40,691 bases of DNA, taken from Guillardia theta CCMP2712. Taxonomy: Eukaryota > Protista > Cryptophyta. This document shows, one piece after another, positions 10,201 to 22,293 of the stretch; positions within the stretch are counted from its first letter, which is position 1; every line of letters begins with the position of its first letter. Both the position numbers and the translations under genes were made by a program. The stretch is taken from positions 55,159-95,849 of the forward strand of contig NW_005434519.1 in NCBI RefSeq assembly GCF_000315625.1, in the 5' to 3' direction. The notes under the pieces were generated by a model. That model was not told the DNA's origin, did not search any database, and worked only from the letters and a program-made list of their open reading frames with translations.

Positions 10201-12611
10201 CCCTCCCTTTCCTCTAATGACTCATTTCATCTCCTCCATGTGCATTCCCTTGTCTTTTCGCGTTCCCTTGTCACTCCTCTCCTCTCCTGCACCTTCACGT
10301 GCATCCTCACCTTTGCAAACGCGTTTGCAATCAGTGCAAGGGGAAGGGCCGATGCTTCAGAAGGCTGCACCATGGCAAGTTTGCCGAGATGCGACAAGAG
10401 CGCACTGTCCTTGTTTCCCAGTCTGACCTGCAGCAGAAGAGACGAGCAAACAAGTCAGAAGGACGAAAGACGGGAGGAAGGAGAGGGAACGATGCTAACG
10501 AAGGAGGAAGGAGAGAGGAATGGTGCGGAAGGAGGGATGCTGTTACCATGCCGTTAGCAATGCAGCTAATGTGCTGTAGACTTGTGTCTTGAGGTTGAAA
10601 CCTCATGACCACCTGATGAAACAGTAAATCATCTTTCCCCCGTCCTCTCCCTCCGATCCCGGTCCCCTTCTTCTTTCCTCCTCCTCCTCCTTGTACGCAC
10701 ATTCGTCAACAGTCTGATCAGGTCGACGCTCTCAAAGTTGGCGTTGGCGCAGGCGTTGACGATGTTGGAGACGGTCTGAGACGATATGGCTCCTTCTGCT
10801 CCTCCTCCCGCATTTGACATCTCCGACTCGAAGTGCTGCTGCAGCACAACAGCAAGGGAGGCGAATAGAGCGATGTCTTCCACCCCCTCACGCGAGTAGG
10901 CGTTGAGGATGAGAGCAGCGGACTGGGGAGAGAAGCGGGAGGGAGTGAGCTTGCCGAACCTCTTCCAGTACCGCAGCACCACCGACATGTGCTCCAGCAC
11001 TTCCCTGCTCTTCACCCCCGTGCGCGCGTACGCGTTGAGGATGGTAGCGATGTGCTGGCTGGTGAAGGAGGAGTACTGCATTTGAGTGAGAATGTCGGCA
11101 AACTCCTCGAACAGCCAGGGATGCTTCACGTTGGCCCGCGCAAAGGCGTTTAGAATGTTGGCAACAGCCTGCGAGTCGTACACGAGCGCCCCCCTTACCA
11201 CCAGAGCATGTCCGAGCGCTTTCTTGCGCGATGGAGCTGAAAAACTATGAGAGAGACAAACGATGTAGAGAAGGAGAGGAAGAGGGAGGAGAAGCAGGAG
11301 AAGCAGGAGAAGGAGCAGGAGGAGCAGGAAAAGCAGGAGACGCAGGAGGAGCAGGAGACTTCAACACATGGATGGTGCAAGAAAAGGGAAGACAGCGAGA
11401 TAAGGTTGAGGACAAGGAACAAAGATAGTCTTGACATGTTGCAAGGCAGGGGAAAGGAGAGAGAAGACAAACAGCAGGGCACCTGAGTTTCCTCGCTTCA
11501 AGACCTCTACCACCGCAAGGTATAGATCCTTCCTGACCACCCCTACCTTTGAAAATGCATTCACAATCAGAGCAATCGAGCGAACTGCGTCTCGAGGAGG
11601 CTCTCTCAGTCTCTTGAGGAGCTGGAGTGTGGATTCTGCCATGCTGTCGAAGAAGAGCAGATCACATTTCTTCACGTCCCATGCCGAAAGTTCCTCGTTC
11701 CTCTCCAGGAAGCGTGAGTACGAGTTGAGAATCATCGCGATGCTCTGCAGCGAGTGCCCCTGCGGCTGGATCGACCGCGCGTCCTCCCCGAGCGAGCGAA
11801 AGAGATCGCGCGGCCAGATGGACATGGAGGCGAACGAGTTGAGGATGGTGGCAAGAGCCTGAGAGTCGCGCACTGCGATCCTATTCTCCCTCATCATCTC
11901 CTCCGCGACCTGTTGAAAGAAAGCTGACGCGAAGGCCTCGGACGAGCAAGAGCTCCTGGCCAGCGAGTTGAGCATCATGGCGATGGACTGCGAGCTCGCC
12001 TCCTCATCCATTAGCTCCCGCAGGTTGTCTGTTGCAGCTACGCATGCAGTCTTGAACAGATCCATATCAGCCTGCGTCAGGTTCTCCTTCACAGCGTTGA
12101 GGGCGAGGGCGAGGGACTTGAGCGGGAGCTCCCGCGCATGCTGCCGGACAACCTGGACGAGACTTGCGCGCATGGACCAAAAGCTGTCGGAGGTTGCGTT
12201 GGCTCCTCGGATCTTGTTGAGAACGTACGCGGCGTTCTTGCCCGCAAGAGGAGAGCTGCTGTAGCTTTTGTCCATCAGGATCGGCATCACGTTTTCAAGG
12301 AGGTCGTCGGGGCTGCTGTATCTGTCCAGGCGAGGAAAGCTGTAGTTAGTCTTCCAAGAAGAGATGTCTGCTTGCACCTCCCCTGTGAATCGCTTCACGC
12401 TCATTGAGCGCTCCACATTTGCTATCACTTTCACGGGCATGCTCGCTTTCTTTGTTTGCTCTTTGGCGTACAACCTACATGACTGAGAGCATCGCAGCGG
12501 CTTGTTGCCATGCTTCGCTGTGAATAAAACGTTCTCCACAAACCCTCCATGCGCTAGCACCACATTGGATAACCACAAGAAACTGATTGCAACCACTGAG
12601 CTTGGCCGCAT
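6908..12611 (-). CDS. Multi-exon helical-repeat (OPR/FAST-like) protein with C-terminal RAP domain; probable plastid-targeted RNA-binding protein
   Basis: N-terminal signal-like MRPSSVVAISFLWLSNVVLAHGGF; about 17 repeats of the form xxQxIAxIxNAFAK; spliced C-terminus YSLDISI..FAIE|VDGPSHFARGSKIPLGRTLMKRRQLQ|AIGYKLFSMPYWEW is a RAP domain. Stop at 6995, or at 6908 if a last 42-nt intron is used. Spans an assembly gap. Confidence 0.8.
7221..7318. repeat. (CCTGTC)n intronic microsatellite
   Basis: Tandem hexamer inside an intron that splits the RAP domain. Confidence 0.95.
8205..8650. repeat. (GGAGA)n purine-rich intronic repeat containing a 100-N assembly gap (8454-8553)
   Basis: Directly visible. 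Confidence 0.95.
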
Positions 12612-13139
12612 CTTGAGGTTCAGTTTTGATATCAAGTGCAGAAATAAAACTTGGTGAAGATTTCCGCAGCTTTCTGTCTGATTGCTTTCAGCAGGTATGC
12701 ATGATGTTCAACAAGAGCAGCATATTGATGTCTCAGAGCTCAACTTGAGTCTACAAGTTCAGACGATTGACTTGAAAATCTGCGCACCATGACGTCAAGG
12801 ATACAACAAGAGGCTCTGCATCGCATCCATTCTGGAATTGCTCGCTTTCAATCGTTCCTGTCTCTCTGATGATTTTTCATACACAAAAATTTCTGCTCCA
12901 TGTGAACCTCTTTCACTTACCAGCCTTTAGACGAATGAACGTTCAGCTCCCCTCTATCATTCTGTGCCTTTGCTTTTTTCCTCTGCTTCTGCCTCTGCCT
13001 CTGCCTCCCTCTCTGCCTCCCCCTCTGTAACTTTTCCGCTTCCTTTTTCTGCTCTGTTTTCTCTTCCTGTCCAGCCGGATCGCTCGTCGGCAAGGACAGC
13101 ATTTAGGAGGCCATCATGGACCGTTACGAATCGTTACAG

Positions 13140-13760
13140 TCAACTGCGCGTTCTGAGACCACCCTAGTCACTCGTCGGACCGTGCGCCGCGCCGGCGCGC
13201 GGCCGCTCCCCGGGCCCGGACTGTCACCAGGCCCACCCGACTCTCCGAGGCTCCGATCCGATCATCGGATCAGGGCCGGGCCGGCCTGTGACCGTGACGG
13301 TCACCCGGCCGATCTGTGGACTGCCGCAAACTTCAAGTTATGCCGGCGGGCGGCCCGCTCCGAGGCTCCGACTCGGCAGCGCGGCGGCCCCCCGGTCGGG
13401 CCGCCGCGGCCACTCAGTACCGGGCCCCCGGGCCGGACAGTCACTGGGACTCCGGGCAGGACGGTGTCCGATCGGACGGAAGTTGCCGCGGCCACTATGC
13501 CGCACAAGCGGCAGTTAGGCGAGTTGGCCCGCAGCCGGGCATATCGGGATGATCAGTCAACGGCTTGAGCGGCCGCGGGCCCGACCATCACTGGAGCGGC
13601 CAGCCGGGCGGAGCCTGAGGCTCGGCCCGGCCAGGTCGGATTACCTGCCTGACCCCCGGCCGCCGTTCGGACCCCGGCGGTCGGATGGCCCGGGGACGAG
13701 GAGGATCATCCGGCGGACGGAGGGGGGCCGCGCAAGCCTTGAAGGCCGCCTGTCACCGGG
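13140..13760. other. GC-rich, short-palindrome-dense intergenic tract
   Basis: Dense CCGG, GGCC, CCGCGG, CCGATCGG, GTCAC/GTGAC and CTCAG words; overlapping ORFs are Pro/Arg/Gly/Ala-biased with no recognisable motif. Confidence 0.7.
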
Positions 13761-14416
13761 AAGTAGAGGTTTAGAGACGAACTTTGCTACAATAGTTTTA
13801 GAGTAATTGAGACTGCTCTGATTGCGAAAAGCTGTCTTTCCAATGATTTCCCGCTTTCGTCCTGTGTTGGTCATGATTTACCTGGTCATCAATCATAAGG
13901 TTGATGACATTTGCTGACCTTTAAGATACAATAATGAACCGATTCTTGTCAGCCATGACGAAGAAGACAGTAAGACGCAACGATCTGGAAAAGTCGGGGG
14001 TATTGCTGACATTTATAATACTATTATAGGTTTACCTAACTTGAGTGACTTGCTAAACTCTTTACCACCTTCCCTCAATGACCTTTCAGCCTCATCTTAT
14101 CGCAAGGGTAAGCACTATCCCATTCTGCATTAGTATCTCACTTATAGTCTCCTGTCTCTCAAGCTAGGACATTCTTCGAGATTCCCTTCGTTCAACCCCA
14201 CCTTCTTCGTACCATAGAACAGGCGGTCGGCCTTTTCCTTATAGCTCCCCTCCTTGCCGAGGCTCCATCCAACAAGCCGCCGCCCTCCCCCCCCACCCTC
14301 ACTTTCTACTACTCCTCCCTGTCAGTTCGAGCAAGCTCGACCGTCTTCTCTAGCTGATACACCTCCTCTGCACATCCCTTCCCCTGCCCAACTCGTCGTT
14401 CCTACATTCCACAAAC

Positions 14417-14964
14417 ATGCTCGCCCCCGCCGTCACCATCGTTCTACCCCGCAAGAAACCATCGGACGGAGACAACGGAAACCGAGAGATAGCGCTTACT
14501 GCTGAGTCCATTAGCAAACTATTCAAGATGCGTCAGTCTGACGCTGCAAAACACCTGGTGTGCGCTATCGTTTGTTCACCCAAAGCTAGTTGGCTGACGT
14601 CAATCCGCAGGGAATTTCTCTTACTGCGCTCAAGAGTGCATGTAGAAGAGTAGGAGTGCACAAATGGCCCTATATCCGCCATAGGCCTCGTTGCTCACTG
14701 CAAGATTGCTCCTTGCAGGAGTATGCCCCTAAGAAAGACGACAACTTTGAATCGCCATGCAAGCCCTCAGGGTGGTTGATGCAAGAACCGAGACGAGTCG
14801 ATTCCTCTTCGATCACGTGGGATTTCAAGACTTCTTTGTCTCATGTGAGGATCCCGACGCTGGTTGAGGATGGTCCCAATGTTCATTTTCGAGTATGCGG
14901 GCTCGGCTTGGAGGGTGCAGAGTTGCTAGAAGAAGCCTTCGAGCATGTGTACCGAAGTCTGTAG
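14417..14964 (+). CDS. RWP-RK domain transcription factor (2 exons; intron 14558-14610)
   Basis: Spliced sequence LTAESISKLFKMRQSDAAKHL|GISLTALKSACRRVGVHKWPYIR matches the RWP-RK pattern; 53-nt phase-0 GT-AG intron with ctgac branch site. Confidence 0.9.
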
Positions 14965-15236
14965 AAGTTCAAACACGTAAGACTAGTCATCATTTGTAAC
15001 ATTAGCGTGATAGCATCAATTCTCAATACATCTCCTTGACATGAAGCTAGTGCAAGATTGTTTCTTACGCTGGGTGATTGTGCCACATAAAGCATGTGAA
15101 TGGCGGGCCAGTGTCTCATAGGATTTAAACCAAGTCGACTGCGCCTTGGCAGTCGACTATATATTTCTTCTTCCAAAAAAAATCGCAGATGTACATTGTT
15201 GTGCATAGTCTGTTATCTCAACGCCCCCATGAGTCA

Positions 15237-17088
15237 TCAATAAAATCTCTGAATCAAAAATGCAACAATCTGCAGACAAAGTCAGCCTCGATCTTATCAG
15301 ATTGAGCAAGAAAGAGATCTCAAGGAAAAGAAACAATGACAAAGAGATGACAATCTGAGATCTGACAACTTTGGCCTTGCCGCGACATCAACACAGGAGA
15401 AACATGGAAACAGTGAGAGAGAGGGGAAGGAGTGTTGACTCACCAGGGATATGAAGGCCGTTAACAGCATCGTATTCAGTTGATTGATATTGAGAGAGCC
15501 CTGGGACTTGACGGTTGGAGCTGTTGCTGATGGACCGCTGTTCTGGAGAGAACGAGCCTGACAAACGACGTTGGCGTCACACCCTTTCATCCCAATAATC
15601 AGAAGAGCTACCTGCAACTCTACAAACTTCTTCTCCAGATCTTCGAGGGCCCTCTTCGTTGCATCGTTCTTTTCTTTCTCGTCCTACGAAGATTCGGACT
15701 GAGTGCAACCACCATGGTTTGCTGAAGAAACTGATGTACCTGAAGATTCTTTATCAGGACTCGCTCTCGCTCTCTTGCATCTCGCAGTTCTTTGGTCTGA
15801 TGAAACCGTAAATCAATTATTCAAGGAATTCCTTCAAGCTTCCCACCAAACGGTCACATCGATTTTGCTCTTCGCGCAGTTTTTCTTGGTCTGCGGTTGA
15901 CGCCCTATTTGAATGTTTCGTGTGCGGCTCCTCCTCCGAGCCCGTCTTAGCCTCTTCATTGAAACTCCTGCTGTTTGTCTGTGTCAGAAAGAGGAGGAGC
16001 TCGATGGAAGGGGCAAGCACATGCTTCCAGGCGTTTCACTTGAAGCATCTTGCAACGGAGAAAATGACTTGGAATCTGACAATTTAGAGGCCGAGCTTCT
16101 GGAAGCAGATCAGGACAAGGCAAGGAAGACACTCGCCATTCACTCTTGCTCGCGCCCGCTCGCAGCATCACTGGGAAGCGTAAAGGTGCAGACCAACTTC
16201 TGATCGACCGTCTCATCTTTGCTCATGTTTTCAAACACCTGACCTCAACTATCAGCCATTCCGAATCAAAACTCACATGTAACGCGTACAGATTTGGCGT
16301 CTCCAGTCTCATTGGTAGTGATTGCCGACTGTCAAATCAAAACTCAGAGGCATAAACCATCCTTGTCATTCACAAGCGGCAATGGAGCAAAGGAAAGCAT
16401 AGCAGGAGAACGCAACGCTCTTTCTATGCAAACCAGCAACAAAGAGAGGGACAATTTTTCAGACCTGAACAAGAAACTTGTCCTTCCAAGCTGTTGTGCT
16501 ACTTGGCAGGTCTTTCAAAGGTTGCATAACAATTTTCACTTCCATGGATTCTCTCGCGGGTATGACGCTGCTGTTTGGTCGTACACAGTACCGTTTTGGC
16601 GCAGTGGTCTAGAGAACTTCAGTTCATAACAGTGCAAGTATTCGAGTTCACCTTGACTTTAAACGCAACGGCATTGTCCGAGGTATTCTTGAGAAAGAGA
16701 CTCTTTTCCAAAGTCTTGCCTGTCACAACTTGAAAGAAGTGAGAAAAGTGAGATGGTGACGTTGATGTTGTGATCCTAAGGGATTGTACACATCAAACAG
16801 GATCAACTTTCAGAATCTCATTTTGATTCTAAAATGATACTTCATTTCAGAGGTACAAACCATCATCAGATCGATGCATGGTCTCCTCGAATGGTATCAT
16901 TCTAGCACAAAACGCATGCAACATGTCGTCCTTCCCCTCGTCGCTCCCCTCGCGCTCTTACCACATCATCCATCCTTCTTCCTGTGCTCTTCCACCTCCT
17001 ACCAACATCTTCCTCCACCTCATCTCTGCATTCCTCAACTTCACTTACGTTCCCATCGGATTTCGTTTGCTGGCAGAATCTCCAGCAT
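15237..17088 (-). CDS. VAMP-associated protein (VAP/Scs2 family; MSP domain, coiled coil, C-terminal TM anchor), multi-exon
   Basis: Manual translation: MLEILPANEIRWE..KTLEKSLFLKNTSDNAVAFKVK|TTAPKRYCVRPNSSVIPARESMEVKIVMQP..KDKFLVQ contains the VAP consensus FKVKTTAPKRYCVRPNS. Coiled-coil KRALEDLEKKFVELQ; tail LNTMLLTAFISL|IVAFLIQRFY*. The MSP exons are too short to appear in the ORF track. Confidence 0.9.
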
Positions 17089-18700
17089 TCCACAGCTGCG
17101 CTTCTATGACAGATTCGTTTTGAACAGTATTGAAATGTCTCTTCTGATATTCAAACCTTCATGAAGAGTCGATCTCATTTTCAATATTTGACTGTAAATT
17201 TCAAAGTTTATCAGCAGTTTTGAAATAGCTCCAAATCATATTTGAACATGAACTTTCAGTCGCCGGCCCGGCTTGTTGAATCAGCACGTGCGGCATGAAG
17301 AAGCGAGTATGCGGTGAGGTGAGCGAAGAAGAGGAAGAGGAGGTGAATGAGCGAAGAAGAGGGCTGAGAGTGAGATGTCTGGCATGCCTATGATGATCTT
17401 AATGTAACCTGGTAAGTTTATGAAAGACTTGATGAATTCATCAACATTCCCATTTATCCGAGGCATGTGAAGAATTATATATCAAGCAGCTTGAGATCTT
17501 GTCATTTAGTGTGACTTGCTTTGGATCCTGCAGGACAACAAGTCGGTATGCTCGCGTATCGTCCGTTTTGACTGAAAGCCACCAGTGTTAGTGTGTAAAT
17601 GTTTTCTGTTATGATATTCTTTGGCTGTGTAAAGTAAACGAGTTGTTGTAGAATAAAAAGCAAATGATCTTTGTATGTTTCTCTACCAGAGGCAACAGTT
17701 TCAAAGTCATTGTAAAAGAGATGCAACAAAAAAAATGATTTGATTTGTAGAAGTCTCAAACCACGTCTTCAATATGGTTGCAAGTAAGTCTTTTGGCAAC
17801 GAATCTGTTGAGATTTTATTAGGATTCAGTCCGTTTGCTCCCTCCCATTTGGACTAGCAATCCAACGGCTCCGGCAATAGAATAGAAGATCAGGATAGTC
17901 CGTTTCTCCCTTCATGTTTCAATACGTCAATCTTGTCCTGTTTGAAATCTCATTGTTGTGAAACCTCAGTAACGATGCTAATAAAAATGTCAGCTGGAAA
18001 TAGTTTGCTCGATCGGCACAGAAGGATTCAGCCTGATCTTGAAACCATCTTCCTACTCATCGCACCTCTCTCACGTGATAGAGATGTAGATTGCAGCATA
18101 TCTGCGCATTCGCTCTGCTTTCCCATCTACAAGCTCATGTCATTGCGGCGTTTCAGCTCTGAACAGTTCCTCTCATCGCAATCTGTACCGCTCTTAGAGT
18201 ACGCCCTTACACAGGGCATATCTCACGTGGTTCACAGCTGCTGCCCCTCCACATTTTGCGATGAGGCGTTTCACCTGTACCATGTTCCTGACAAGACTTT
18301 CTGAGTACGGCAGCCGACGCTCAATTTAATAATCAAGAATAAAACAAAAGAATGAAATTAGTTCTTCATACGACAGAGAAACAACCATAGTCCCAAGACA
18401 TTTAACCACTAATTCAAACAGAGACTGATGCATAGGTAAAAAATAATCGGGGAAAAAATCATTCTTCGAGAACGCAACGATGTCATTTGCAAGCCTCGAC
18501 GTAACAGAGGAGCCTCTCATGGAAATATGTCCTCTTGCAAAATTCGCCAAGGAAACCAAGGATGCGAACTGCGAAACAACGACTGCCCATGAACAAGAAT
18601 TAGTTGCTTTCAAATGAATAAAATCAATTTCCAACTCTGCAAAAAAAAAAGCAAAAGTTGCAATTAGTTTGAGACATTGAGGAGACCAAGAGTAATCACC

Positions 18701-20792
18701 TTAGAGTGGGCTATCTAGCAATTTGTCAACCCAAGAAGTGTCTTCCTGCTTAACCCACTCAGGGGTGCTGGCCTGTGCACGTGGATTTGAGGAGGCCATT
18801 GGATTTTCTATTGCTGAGCCATTAGGGATTGGGATGTGTACATGAAGGGCACTAGCACCTTGGTTAGCGTTTGCATTGTTTATCCGTGACGCATTGTATC
18901 CCGCCAATCCTATCATCTGCCGACGTGATGACGGGGCCTGCCCTGCATTCTGCGACGGGCTCTGTCCAACAAACGTTCTGCCTCCGTTTTGAGGTGTTCT
19001 CTCATTTTGCATGCGATATTGCCCTGTATTCCTCCCAGCTGACCGTGTTGAAGAATTGGGATTTTGCTCATTAACAATTCCAGAGCCCTGCGGTTTCAAC
19101 GGTTGAGCTGGAATTCCTAAACAGGAAGAAAGTTAGAGGAGGAAGACACAATCAAGGATAATCACCCATCGGACTCGGCATAAAATGCTGTTGTGGAGAA
19201 GTCATGGGATTCATGTTGTTGCCTGACCAAGTTTGTTGCTGTGGTTGGAATTGATTTGCCGTTCGCGTCTCATTCATTCGCCCACGACCAGTACCTACAT
19301 TTCTGTTGTTCTGACCGGATAGCGAGAACGGGGGACTTTCGTCTGGGAGCGGCACTGGCATTTGCGATTGTGATCCAGAAGGAGGGCTGGATAGGATATT
19401 ATTTCTCCTAGAGGGCGAGCCATGCACGTTAGGAGTCCCCCGTCCTTGAGCAGGAACCTTCTTTGATCCTGGCATCATTCCCATTGGGCTATTCTGGTTT
19501 TGTGGATGCCACATCCCTCCTGGGGACGCGAGTGGCCCCAATTTCATAGCGAGTTGCTGCATTGATCCCGGTTGGGGAGAACGAAGTTCTTCAATATCGT
19601 GTGCAAAAAAGCACATTCTACGTTGGCAGTTTCTTCCATATGCACAAAGATTTGTTCGGAAAGCATCAGGATGCAATCCTGCTTCCCAAGGGCCATGGGC
19701 CATCTGGCATCGGTCCGACCTTGGACAAGATTTTGTGGATTTGAAATCTGGACACGGCTGAGCTGTGTGCTGTGACCTGTAAACATAATAAAGATTATGC
19801 TGTACCATTCACAAATCTTAGAACATACGGGTGTCTTCTGCGGGCAGTTTCTCCTTCATGGGCATATGGACACTCTTTCCAGTCATGTACAAACTGTTTG
19901 CTACAATGCACCACCTACAAGAAGAAGTAAGCCATCCCAATCCCAAGTTGGCAATGGCATACGATGATTACATACACATCAAAGAAACATCGAAACATTC
20001 TCCAACACCAGCAACCCTTCCCAAATCAGGGCAACGATTAAGCGTAAAACGAGCTTAACAATCAAATTTGTATAAGTTACGAATCGGATCTTACCTTAAA
20101 CACATACATAGCAAACAAATCTTCATCGGTTTCTTCTGTCCGTCCGCCTTCTAAGCTTTGCTTAGAGACAGCGGATGCATCGGAACTCGCCAGTTGTTGA
20201 ACCATTTCATTGGTGCGCATACGAATTTCGGAGGCAGCTGCCCTTACTTCATCAATAGACGCATTACCTCCTGGCATGAACTTAGAAATACTTCCATTTT
20301 GTGGGTACTGCATGTTTCTGTCATTCTTGTTGCCTTCCTTAGCTTGTGTATAGTATTCAGGATCGTTAGCTACCATTGGATTCCAAAATCCACCTTCATT
20401 ATTCATTTCAGAATTCTTCGGTTGTGAGTGCGCAGTGAAAGTATTCGACATCATCAAGTTCCTCATCGATTCGTTGAGGTCATCTGGCTGAGTATTGAGA
20501 CCGTTCATATTCAAGTGTGAAGACTGATTCTCGATTTCACTCGTCTGAGAAGGCATGTTTTCATAAAGCTCCTGCGCCCTCGGATCGCTTTCCGGATCAC
20601 CCTCTATCGCATGTGACATTTCTGCAGTTTTAACAGAATCTGAGAATATTCACGAACAGCTTGTGCAGTCTGTGAATTCACAAACAGAAAAGCAAGTCAG
20701 TCTGGGAATTGGCTTCAAGTTAAAGACATACCATTCAAATATAGATGGCTTTCAGTCATGCCAAACTCTGACAACAACTCTGCGTAGCTCAT
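18701..20792 (-). CDS. Plant-type arginine-rich tandem CCCH zinc-finger (RR-TZF/unkempt-like) RNA-binding protein, multi-exon
   Basis: DLFAMYVFK|[88 protein letters not shown]. 5' end uncertain (ATG 20792 via an upstream exon, or 20619). Confidence 0.88.
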
Positions 20793-22293
20793 CAGTATCC
20801 CATGGTGATATTTCCCGATGTCATTATAAATCCCAAATTTAGAGTTCCAAATCAACATGGAGTCCAAAAACCAAAAAAATACATGAAAAATAATGAGCTG
20901 CCTAATCCACGACGACTGATGAACTATTTGATACGATCAACAGCTTGGTTTGAAATGCTGCGGTCATGCATGAATGCAATGACATAACATGAGGCCGCAT
21001 GCAATCGAGAAACAAACATGAGTTGTTACTAGATTAGAGGTCAGTGCAAAAAGACATGCCAATATAAGAAAAGACATCAACCTAGGGTACATGATAGGCT
21101 GCCGCTACTCCGCTTCACGTACAATGACAACAGTTCCTATGCATCACATCGGTTCAAGGCCCCCCTGCATATCGCATGCTACAGAATTTCGTTACTGCAT
21201 CGATTAAGAATGGACGAAAACAAAAACATCGGTCAAGACGACCCTGCAGCGACATCTTCCATAGCTACACCCCTACAACGGTCACAGTTTCCTGTCCATT
21301 CAAATCGCTGATCAAAGATGCTCGATCGAGCCAGATGCATCTCATTTAAGCTCCTCGAGTATGACTGCATTGACATGTCAACATAACTACGACCATTGAA
21401 GCAGAGGAAGAAGAGCAGCTGGAGCAACAAGGCCTCCGCCGCATCCATTCCGCATGTTTGCTCTGTTGCGCGCGAGCTCCCGCCTATACTTTTAAACGGC
21501 TAGTTTTAGTGGTGTACCACAAATTCGAAAACTTATTTCATCTCGGTCCCACAGTACTGATTTTCGTACCTATATTTGTAACAGATCTCATATAACAGGT
21601 AGTTTTATATATATTGACACATTTTTAAAAAAATAAATTTGGTACTTCTTGTACCAGAACAAACATCGAGGTACAAGCTTCTGCCCTCTCACCGTAGAAC
21701 TTTGCGCCACTCTCAAGAATCATAAAATTTAATAAATTGCCATGTTACTAACACACAAATGAGTAGCTACAAATTTCAGTACCTTCTCATAAATGTGGTA
21801 CTGAGATCAATATTATAACGTTATATTGTACATTTATTTGTATTACAAACCACATGGTGCAGTTTTAAATTGTACCATAGTCCCCTCTGTGTACAGTACT
21901 TTCGCTACCCCTGTCCGCCTTCCTACCTCCCCCTATATAATGGTCCTAGGATTCTAGGAGTGTGATAGATCAATCCTAGGACTCTCCTAGGCCTCGCAGG
22001 AGTGGTACGCCCCTGATCGCATCCGAATTCCAGAAAGGATTGACTAAAGAACCTAGTAATCATTTGACTACAAACAAGTTTTATTCACTACAGAGTTACA
22101 ATGTTGACTATGAGAGTGCAAGAGTGAAAATATATTGACTATGGGACCTGCCATCCATGACTTCCAAATCGGGACACTACTGTCCGGAGCCCGCGGCCGG
22201 GCCGGGCCCGGCGAACTCTGAGACACTCACCAACCATCGGGGCGGGGGGCGCATGTGAAGAGCATGGCTGGGTGAAGCGGGCGGAAGAGGAGG

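Noticed and set aside
13116-13806. Overlapping Pro/Arg/Gly-rich ORFs in the GC island (likewise 26140-26758)
   Set aside because: Stop-codon scarcity at high GC; no domain signal.
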